From assembly GCA_965112735.1 (NCBI GenBank), contig OZ218960.1, positions 682,001 through 746,000 on the forward strand: a stretch of DNA of 64,000 nt, in the 5' to 3' direction. The translations under genes were made by a program, and so were the position numbers. Shown one piece after another: positions 23,563 to 33,470 of the stretch. The notes beneath the pieces are model-generated. The model worked only from the letters and a program-made list of their open reading frames with translations, made no database searches and was not told where the DNA came from. This DNA comes from Phaeosaccion multiseriatum (Eukaryota > Protista > Ochrophyta, other classes). Each line of letters begins with the position of its first letter. Position 1 is the first letter of the stretch.

Positions 23563-24949
23563 GTGTCTATGCTGGAGGGAATCCTGGAGGAGAATATAGA
23601 TAATAGAGAGGGCGGAAAGGGGAGGAAATATGGCGAGTTGGTGATACAACTTCCGAAACCGCTGGCCTGCGCCATCTGTGGGACGGAGGCAATTCATACT
23701 TACAGGCACAAATATAAATAAAACCACCCTTAATCACTCGCTCACCCCACTCCAGCTACTCACTCGCTCACTCACTCATGCACCCACCCACCCACCCACC
23801 CACCCACCCCCCCCTCACTCACTCACTCACTCACTCGCACGCACACATTCACACGCACAAACACACACAGACAGACACACACACATACACTCACTCACCC
23901 CTCACTCACTATATCCTACGCACTCACTCACGCACTCACTCATTCACTCACTCATTCACTCACTCATTCACTCACTCATGTACTCACTCACTCACTCACT
24001 CACTCACTCATGCACTCACTCACTCACTCACTCGCTCACTATACCCTACGCACTCACTCCAGCTACTCACTCACTCACTCACACACACTCACTCACTCAC
24101 TCACTCACTCACTGGCGCACTCACTAACTCATTCACCCCCCCTCGCTCACCGCCTCACTGCCTCACAGACGCACAAGCAGCATGCTCTCTCATTCACGAA
24201 CTCACTCACTCGCTCGCTAAATCACTCACCGCTCCCTCACACACGCAAACGCAAACACACATATGGTACGATATGTCAAGTACGCTGGGTGGTTTGCCAA
24301 AGTGCCTGTCAGATTCTGTAACGTTTGAATGAGGGTGGTTCCTTTGCACGTACAATACAATAATTCCCTAACCAGCCTACGTCTTCCTCTGAGTCAAAGA
24401 CATCATGGCCCCCACCATGCTGTGCCTCTGCCGGTTTGTCTCTACTGGTGCCAAGCTGTGTCGATGCGCAGATGAGAGGCACGAAAACCAGGAGCGGTGG
24501 CTGGCTCGCTCGTCTGGCGGCAGCAGTGGCTCGAGTAAGAAGAAGAGCAGCTGCAGTAGGTCGGGTAAGAAGACTGTCTGTCTCTGCAAGTTCAGCGGGA
24601 GCTCTGGTAACAATTCGAGTGGGCGTAGTGGAAGGTCGGGCGGTGGTGATTCTTCCTCTTTTGGGTCTTGACTGCGGAATGGATGGAACAGAAGGAGGTG
24701 AGAAGGCTCTTAGCTAGACAGATGTATTAGGAAGTGCTTGGCGCTACAGAAAACTCAGGTGTCGCCCCTTCCTCTCCGGCAGCAAGCGCCATGACTGATG
24801 GCTCCAGCACATGGTGTCGGACTCGACAAACCCGTTTCCTCCACCCGCTCTTCTCCTCGCTCGTGCGACCCCCCAACACTCATCATCTTGCATCCCCTCT
24901 CTCCTGCCATCTGTGACCGTATGTCTGAAGCTCATACTCATCCTCGTCA

Positions 24950-27793
24950 TCATGTGTATACGTTCCACACGAGTATGTTCCCATCCTCCCCCGCCGTGAC
25001 GATCTGTCTCCCGTCGGGGCTAAACTTGACCCCCCTGATGGTGTTTGAGTGTCCCTTCCCGGTGGCCACTTGTCTTGCCGTTTCAAAGTCCCACAGCCGT
25101 AGAGCCTTGCCTGTGCCGCCCGTCGCAAAGAGCTGAGGACGCCGCTCGGCCCGCCCCTGACTCCGTCCCGTCCCCTCTCCAGCCCCCTCCTCGCCCTCCT
25201 CCTCGCTCCCTTGGACCCCCCCCCCTCCTCCTCCTCCTCCTTCTCCTCCCTCTCCCTCTCCGGTGTCAATGTCCAAACACAGCGCCTCGTCGCTCATGTC
25301 GTCCGTCAAATCCCGAACAGTGGTCGGGTTGTGTTCTCGAAGGTCCCAATAGTTGACTCTCTTCTCCTGCCCCACTGTAATCACCGTGGTTTGATCGCGA
25401 CTCAAGGCCACGGCGTTGATGCCCCCCATGCGTTGCGAGTGATTGCTAACTTGCTTCTCCGTGCGAAGGTTCCAACAGATGAGTGTGCGGTCTCGAGAGG
25501 CGGACAAGGCGTGCACGTCGTCGCCAAACAGCGCGATGGATGGCACTCTCTGTCCGTGCTGTTTGAGATGGGTGATGAGGTCTCTGGACCGTAACTCCCA
25601 CACGCGAAGTTCCCCCTCCTGCCCTCCCGACATAATGTAACGCTCGTTGCCGCTCAGCACGATTGACGTAACGCCTGGGGGGAGAGGAGTGATGATGGTG
25701 GAGAAGGTGGGGGGGGGGGGGGGCGAAGCAGGAGTTAAGCGGGAGTGCAACGACAGCGAAAAAAAGAGCGAGGTCTTTGGAGGGGGGGGTTGGGTGGCAA
25801 AGACCAAAAGGTAAGGGTGGCGAGGAGGGTGGTTGTGTGGGTGTGTGGGTGTGTGCGTGCGCGTGCAAAAGGGGAGGTAGTTTTCCAGTGTTCGGCAGAA
25901 GGAGGGGGAGACTCGGCGATTATCATCCAACCGTTCTGATGGGCGTTATCGATGGTCCACAGCAGATGGCCACTATCCACGTCATGTGCCCGTATGTTGC
26001 CGTCCGTCCACCCCGAGATCAACATGTCCAGGGTCATGAGCAGGCAGGCAGGCGCGCCTGCATCCCTCACGAGTGCCTGCGTTACCACGGTATAGTCCCC
26101 TGCGTCCCAGATGCGCAGGGTGCAGTCGGTGGAGGACGTGGCGAAGCGGTCGGAGCAGTTGCGGGCGTAGGCCACGGCCGTCACGGGGCCGAAGTGGTTC
26201 TGGCTCACCTGTTTGTTTAGGTTTGTTTGGGTTTTGTTTGTTTCTGTTGGAGGCAGCAGGTAAATTGATTGGCTAGTGCAGCTCCTCTTGACTCTCTCCT
26301 CCTCCCTCCCTCCCTCCCTCCCTCATGACTTAGTGACTAAGTGAGTGCTAAGGCAATGAATAGCTGACTGAGTGCGTGTAAGTCAACTGAAGAACTGAGT
26401 GACGACTCACCACGAGCGAGGCCATGGTCTCAACGCGCACTCTGTAGATGAAGCCCAGGTCTGTGCCAGCAACCACCTGTGCATTTCGTGCGTTTCGTGC
26501 GTTTCGTGTGTTGCGTTGGTTGATGAGTGCGTCAATGAAGAGTGTGCGTTAGTCAGATTTTGGTCAAGGCTCCTGCTCTACCCAGCAGAGCAGACCTGCT
26601 TCTTACTTCTCGCATCAATAAGCAGGGCGGGTCACAAACAAAGCGTGTAATGCACTTCCAGACCGGGCCAGCGGTGTGAACAAACAGATAAAACACAAAC
26701 CCCGGACATACACACCCACACACACACCCACGCGCACACACACCCACACACACACGCACACACACACACACACACGCACACACGCACGCACACGCACCTC
26801 CATGCGGTCTGGTGAGAAGGACATGCCCACGACGGCCCCCTTGAGGCGGCTCTGAGCGGTGTCCTGCATGGTAGTGGCCCCAAAGGCAGTGACCGTGCCG
26901 TCCCCGCCTCCGCAGATGACGCCCTCGGGCCAGCAGAGGAGGCTGTGCACGCCGAGACTGCAGGCACGCACCACCCGCTGACCGAGAAGGTTGGTCTTGA
27001 CGATGCCGAGGATGAAGTCTCCCGTGGTGGTGGCTGCGAAGACTGTCTCTTTGTCGTCGCTGAAGGCGATGGCGGTGATCTGACGGACAGCAGCGCCCCT
27101 ACCCTCGTGCATCATGCGCTCTCCCCGCATCTCACCCGTGAAGGGGTTGAGGGCCCAGAGACAAACGTCATTGTGCCCCGCGGTGGCGAGGAGGTAGTCT
27201 GCGGTGTCTCTCCGCTTGACGTTCTTGACGAAGCCGCCCCAGCAGGCCGTGACCACCGGAGCGGGGTTGTGTTGTGCGATGGTGACGATGAAACCGTTGG
27301 ACATGTCCCACACGAGGATCTTGCGATCCTGCTCTACACCCACCGTCACGAGCAGCTTCTCGTCGTCGCTAAAGGCCACCGCCCCGACCCCGTAGTCATG
27401 CTCGGCCAATCTGTAGAGCAGTCGCTTGCTGGCAAAGTCCCACACGATGGCGTCCGCGTTCTCCCCGTGCTGCCCCGACGCGATGAGCGCCCCGGACTTG
27501 CTAAGGGCCAGGCAGGTGATGTTAGCGTCGTGTCCGTGCAACAGGACCTGTTGGTGCGCGTCGTTGAAGTCACAGATGGCAACTGTGCCCCCCGCCGCCA
27601 CGACAAAGTCCTTGCCGTTGGGGTGGTAGAATGGCCCCCCTCCTGTGCACGAGTACCCAATCGCGTGCTCCAGCTCGAGCTGGGGCCCTATCGCCGCTTC
27701 ATCTTCGTAGCCCCCCCCGCCTCTTGACTTGTCTTCGCTGCTCCGATTTGTGGCTCCTGCAGCGTCCTTCTCTTCCCCGTTCCGAAAAGACAT
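24950..27793 (-). CDS. CFAP52: WD40-repeat cilia/flagella-associated protein (CFAP52/WDR16-like); exons 27793-26798, 26476-26411, 26208-25932, 25674-24950
   Basis: LELEHAIGY N-terminus, QVLLHGHDANITCLALSKSGALIASGQ, LISGWTDGNIRA..LLWTIDNAH, GHSNTIRGVKFSPDGRQIVTAGEDGNILVW; phase-compatible GT-AG introns. Confidence 0.8.
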
Positions 27794-28675
27794 GGCTGCG
27801 TGCGCGCGCCCGTCAACGTTGCCCTGCCAGCTGCTCCAGTAGTAGCAGCAGCAGTTGTAGTGTACGAGGTGCTATTCCGGCCGTGCTGCTAGTACTGGGG
27901 CCTTCAGGGGGTCTGGTGGTGGAGGTTGCACCTTTTCATCACCGGGATGGATTGATGACTGAAGCAGAGTGAAATCCGGGCTTGGACCTCGTCTTCCTTT
28001 CTCAAGTTTCTGTTGCCCTCTCTATGTGTGAATCATGAAATTCTTTGAAGGGGAGTGGGTCCATCGAAGCAAGGGTGGGTGAGGGAGGGGGTTCATGGGA
28101 CAATGAAGAGTTGGATGTGAGTTAGTGAAAAGACGAAGAAGCGGCGATCTGTCTCCTTCTCCACAAGCAATACTACTCCACAGGCTAACACCAAAGCCGA
28201 GGCGCTCGACTAGAAGCAACAGGGGTACGGAAGACCAAGGCAGCAGAATTGGCGGAGGGGAAAGAGAGAGAGAGAGAGGGATCGAGGGAGAGAGACAGAC
28301 CCTATAATGCCGATTGTCATCTTGGGGAAGCACTTGTCGTGAAGGTTGCTTGGTCTCTACGGCACCGTTGCGCTATTCATCTTCCTCATACCGCCCTTCA
28401 CCTGACGTACCTCTCCTCTTCTAGGTTCTGCGGCTTGGCCTCCCCCTCGATAATCCCCCCTCGTAACGGCGTGCTCGCCAAGCTGTGAGCTTGGAGGAGG
28501 AACACGTCCAGATCGCTCGGGAAAAATGAAAGAGGCCAACCAAGGAGGAAAGGAACCATGCTCATGACGTTTCCGTGAGGACACGAAGCATGAGTTCTGA
28601 GGACGGCGGAGGGAGGGGAGGAGACGAGGCAGCCAAGGAAGGGGGGGGGGTCATGCTCTTGATGCTCATGAGGCT

Positions 28676-29647
28676 TTGCAGTTGGGCGAGGTACTCCGGC
28701 TGGTGCTTGGGTACGTGGGAGATGGGCACTTTGGCTTTGTAGGCGGGGTGAGCACCGAGTGGCGGGCCCACTACACCGCCTTGTATCCCGCTTCAACCAC
28801 CTTTGGGTCTGTCGTCAGCTCTGCGGAGCGCCTCCGCTGGGCGAGAAGCCGGGGCCTTCCGCTGTCCAAGTTGCTCTTTCGACACGGGGCCCGGGCGGGC
28901 GATGTGGACACATGCGTCGCTCTCCATGGCATGGGCTGTCCCTGGGACGGAGGAGCGTGTGAGTCCACCGTGCAGAATGGGCGGCACGGTCTGAGTGTTC
29001 TCCAATGGCTGCGCTCCGAAGCTCTGCCCGAGAAAGAGCGCTGCCCGTGGTACCCCAATCTCATCTGCGGACGTGCTGCGGGCGCCGGACACCTCGCCAT
29101 CTTGGAGTGGCTCCTGCACGACGATTGGGAGGAAGGCGGTCCGCCGCCTTGCCGCACAGACACGCTATCCTGGATGTACGCTTGCGAGGGAGGAAACGTG
29201 CACGTGGTGCACTTCCTGCTCAATCATCCCCGTACGAGGAGAGTCGTGCCTGGGCCTGGACCTGCCTCTATGCCTATGTCGCGTCAAGGTGCTGTGGACT
29301 GGCGGCACCGACCTTTCGGGGCCTACTGGGGCGCGGCCTACGCAGCTGCTCACTTCGGCCACCACGAGCTGCTGCGCTATCTACACGCCAAGGCTCGCCA
29401 TTTGTGCTTTTGGAACGAGACTGTGTGCCAGGCTGCGGTCGCCAATGCCCGGAGCCTCGCCATGTTGAAGTGGCTTCGATCCGAGGGTGTTCAGTGTCCG
29501 TGGGACGAACGGTGCTGCCCCCAGGTCATTAGGGACAGCAAGTGGAGGGGAAGGTATGACGAGAAGTGGACAATCGATGAAGAGCTGTTTCAGGAGATCA
29601 AGGAGTGGGTCCATGCCAATGGGCACCCCTGTGACTGCCCGGACTGA
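28676..29647 (+). CDS. Ankyrin-like 'GCPWD' repeat protein; true start may be ATG 28590 if the G10 run at 28641-28650 carries an indel
   Basis: Repeated LQWLR..CPW, AAGAGHLAILEWL, AAHFGHHELLRYL motifs; F-box-like N-terminal V..EWR segment. Confidence 0.75.
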   Translation: MQLGEVLRLVLGYVGDGHFGFVGGVSTEWRAHYTALYPASTTFGSVVSSAERLRWARSRGLPLSKLLFRHGARAGDVDTCVALHGMGCPWDGGACESTVQNGRHGLSVLQWLRSEALPEKERCPWYPNLICGRAAGAGHLAILEWLLHDDWEEGGPPPCRTDTLSWMYACEGGNVHVVHFLLNHPRTRRVVPGPGPASMPMSRQGAVDWRHRPFGAYWGAAYAAAHFGHHELLRYLHAKARHLCFWNETVCQAAVANARSLAMLKWLRSEGVQCPWDERCCPQVIRDSKWRGRYDEKWTIDEELFQEIKEWVHANGHPCDCPD

Positions 29648-29892
29648 GGATACCTTCTTGCTCTGGCGGGCAATGCAAACAAACGGTTTCGGTTGGTGGG
29701 TTGGTGGGTTGGTTGGTTGGTTGATTGGTTGGATGGTTGGATGGTTGAATGGTTGGTTGGTGGATTGGATGGCCACTCATCCGCCGCCAACCCCACCCCT
29801 CTGCCACACTCCACCACGGCGTGTACTTCAGTTCAGTATCGTACTACATCGAAGAATCCAATCGAAATCCATGCGCCCTCCCCGTAGGATCC

Positions 29893-32800
29893 TTAGCCCC
29901 CCTTCGCCCCCTTCGTCCCCCCTTGGGCCCTCTCCCGGTCCTTGATGGCCCTATACTGCGAGAAGCTGAGCCTCTCAGTGAGGCACTCGAAGCGCCAAAG
30001 ACGCAGGGAGCTCTGCACGTGAGGGTCACTCCAGGCCTGCTGCGCGTGTTGGTAGCCCGCCCTGTGAATGAGCTGCTGGAGGATGTCCCGCTTGCTGCTG
30101 TGGCGGAAGGTGTCGGGGAACACACTCCCCCTGTACACCTCTCCCTTCTCGTCCTGGGGCAGGCCGGTGTGGGGGCGTGTGAGTGCGTGGGTGGGCGCGT
30201 GCGAACAAGGGGGGTCGGGAGGGGATGGAGAGGAGGGGGGCGGCACAGAGAAGGCCAGCATTGACGTCAGAGGCCAGAGCAGCAGTGGTGCGTACGTCAG
30301 AGACCAGACCAGAGAGGAGACCTTTCACGCAGTTTTACAGAGCCTTACGTAGAGCCTGACGTCACGTAAACACAAACATAACATAACATAACATAACATA
30401 TCGTAACAGTTACGTTAAGTTACGTACCTGGAACTCCCCCAGCAGTCCGTGCTGTGCGGGGTTGAAGTCGTGAGGCTGCATGGCCCTCTCCAGGCCCCTG
30501 ACCACAAGCACCTTGCAGCGGGTCAGGGGCAGCTGAGCAGCCAGCAGGGGGGAGAAGGAGGAGGCGGAGGCGGAGGGGGAGGGGGAGGAGGAGGAGGAGG
30601 AGAAGGGGGCGCCCATGCTGCCTAGCCTTCCCCAACTGCCTCCTCCTCCTCCTCCTCCTCCTCTTCCGTCGTCGTCACCATCTGTGGCGGCGTTGACGGC
30701 ATACTCGAGGAGAGCCGCGCGGAGGGGCCGCGGGGTGAAGCTGCCCGCGAATCCCGACACCCGATACTTGCTGCCCTTGCTGCTGCCCTTGCGGCTGCCC
30801 TTTTCGAGGGTTTCCCAACGCACAAACAGCGCGGTTGGCGGGTCGGTGTTGTGCCCCAGAGTAGAAAACGAGGCGGCGGCGGAGGAAGAAACGGAGGAAG
30901 AGGAGGCGGCGGTGGAGAAGAGGGAGGACGACGGCGAGGACGACACCAAGCAAGGTGCCGGCGCCGTGTTGGCTCTCTGTCTGCGGCCGATGTGCTGGCT
31001 GACCTCTCTGGCGCTCCAACCCCCCTCGAAGTGCAGCATCAGCGCGTCAAAGGCCTGCAGGCAGAGGCCCCCCTGGGGCCAGAGCCTGAGCATCCCCGGC
31101 CCAAGGGTCGGTGTTGCTGTTGGCGTTGGTGGAGAGGTCTCCTGCTGCTGTGGGCCGAGCGCACGGGGAGGGGCGGATGGAGCCATCACCGGCAGCCGCT
31201 CGTACCACTCCTGCTGCCACCACCACCTCTGCTCTCGCATCACCAACTGCTGCTGCTGCACTTCCTCTACCACGGGCTCCGCCGCTGTTTCGTTGCGCAT
31301 GCCATTTGCGTGACCCATTCCCATGCGTAGAGAGACTTCTCCGTCCTCTCTGCTCTCTGGCCCTCCGTCCGTCCCCTTTCTCTCTATGCTCCCTCGCGCG
31401 TAGCCCTCGACAGGCAAATCGCTTGCGCTAGACAAGACCCCCTTCTCCCTCTGCTGCTGCTGCTGCTCCTCCTCCTCCTCGTCGTCGTCGTCCTCCTCAC
31501 CCTGCTCCTCGTCCTCCTCCTCTTCTTTTTTCTCCTTGTCTTGCTGCTGCTCCGGCTCAGCTTGTAACGGTAGAAGCGCAGGACCTTCCGCTGCCCCTAA
31601 CGACGGTCTTCGATACGCTCGGCCGCCCCCCTCCCCCTCCCCCCCCTCCCATCTGTTGCCAACTCCAACTTCCCTGTCGCCCTCGCCATCGCCCTCGCCG
31701 CGGAGAGAAGCGCCTTCGCCTATCTGCGCCGTCTCTTGCTGTCCTCCCCTTCTCTGCACCTCCACCTCTCCCTCCTCCCCGCCCCTCTCCCCTTCCTCCT
31801 CCTCCTCCTCCTGCTGCTGCTCCTCCTCCTCCTCCTCCCCCTCCTCTTCGTCGTCGTCGCCCTGATTGTTCGCCGTTTCAAGAGCTGTCGGACAAACCAC
31901 TGCTTCTCTCGTGTCCTTCCTTTCCCAACAAGCAGCGGCCTCGATGCATGAGGATAGGGGTGTAGGAGCACCAGCAGCATCGAAGCACGATGATGGGTGC
32001 GGGACAGCAGGACCCCCACCCTTCACTTTACGCACGATTGTTTGCCCCATCCCCTCCATGGGTATGCCCGCAGTAAGGCTACTTGCGCAGCTCCAGGGCC
32101 CCCCTCCCTCTCCCCCTCCTCGTCCTACCGCAGCTGCTCGTGTGTCCCCCATGTCCCTCTCGAAAGATGCTCCTCCTACTCCCTCCCCTACCCTCCTAAC
32201 CCCTCCATCGGACGGCGCCGTGCGACACCTTCTTCGCTGTCCTCCTCCTCCTCCTCCTCCTCCTCCTCCTCCTCCTCCGTCTCTACCTCTTGCTGCGGAT
32301 GCCCTTGATGTACGCAATAACGTGTTGGATGGGCGGCTGTGCATGGCATAGATGCAACTGATGTCCTCAACATGCGCGGCCCCTCCCCAGTCATTCTCGG
32401 GCACACCGCGCTGCCTCACGGGGTCCCTGCTGTACATCCACCACTCGGCCTGTTTCTGCCCCTGTCCTCTCCGGCGGGAGGAGCTCTGGCGTTCCTCACC
32501 CCGGTGCTTCCCTTTTCTGTCTTTTCTCTTCATGCTCTTGCCACCACTCCTGCCCTGTTCGCTCTCTCTCTGACTTGCCGCCTTGCTGCCCCTACTACTG
32601 CCGTGGCGAGCAGACCCACCTAACGCCGTCGAGGGGCGACCGACATAGGCGGCCTTCGAAGTGCCAGCAGGACGGGGCACAAGCAGACGGCAGGTGGCGG
32701 TCGGGGGCCGAGTCACCGCGCCCACCAAAGAGGGCCACGAGGAAGAGGCTCCGTACGGACTATGCGTGGTAGCGCCGCTACCTCTGGTGGTACCCGGGTA

Positions 32801-33349
32801 GGCGGGGCGTGGACGACTTGTCGAAGCGAACCCGCCCTGTCTGTTCCGCCGGATCCGCCTCCTCTGTGTTACGGCACCTACTGGGCGATGCCCGTCGGCA
32901 ATGTGATCCACAAAGAGGAGACTTTTGTTGTCGTCGTCATCTTCCTCATTGTCGTGAATTTGACCCTTCCATTTGCCTCCACCGAGCGTGAGAAGCTTCT
33001 TCTCCTTGGCTCTCTCCTTGTCCTCCTGCCTCTGCTTCTCCTCCTCTCGCCTTTGTGTATCCCTTCTCCTCGCCGCCTCCTCCTCCTCTCGTCGCTTCTG
33101 CTCCCGCTGGCGCTGCATCTCCTCCTCCTCCTCCTGCTTCAGCTTCTTTTCCTTGTCCTCCTCCTCTTTCTCTTTCTCCTTCTCCTCCTTGGCCGCCCCG
33201 ATGGATGAGGCAATCGTGTTTCCTCCAGAGACAGCGACATCGCTTCCGTCTCCGTCTCGCCGCCCCCCCTCCACTCTCGCAGGTAGGCCCTTGGCCTTGG
33301 GTTTGTCCCCCTCAGAGTCGAAGAGACGGCGCAGCCTCGAAAGCACCAT
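29893..33349 (-). CDS. Long low-complexity protein with a divergent C-terminal AMMECR1 domain; exons 33349-30428 and 30153-29893
   Basis: ALFVRW, G.F...LR..LLEYA, FSPL...QLP...CKV, HDF....HGL..EF, then LI.RAGY..LRLWRF....LSFSQY parallel AMMECR1; donor CAG|GTACGT at 30427, acceptor at 30154. Confidence 0.7.
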
Positions 33350-33470
33350 CGAGGAAGGCGAGTCCTCGATCGAGGGGGGCCGCCCTAAAAGTAACGCCAG
33401 CCGCCATCGGAGAGGTTGGCGTAGATGGCAACGAACGATATCCATAGATGGCAATCGTTTGTGCGGTTGA

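Larger units (their letters stand above)
11366..24925. repeat. Higher-order tandem segmental duplication (A-B)(A'-B'): A ~11366-13621, B ~13622-17205, A' ~17219-21461 (with retroelement), B' ~21462-24925
   Basis: The ~1-kb spacer beginning TGTCATGTGCTTGACAGGGC recurs at ~11366, ~13620 and ~21462, and partially at ~17219. The long upstream block with (CACT)n occurs only in B (15720-17205) and B' (23565-24925). Confidence 0.9.
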
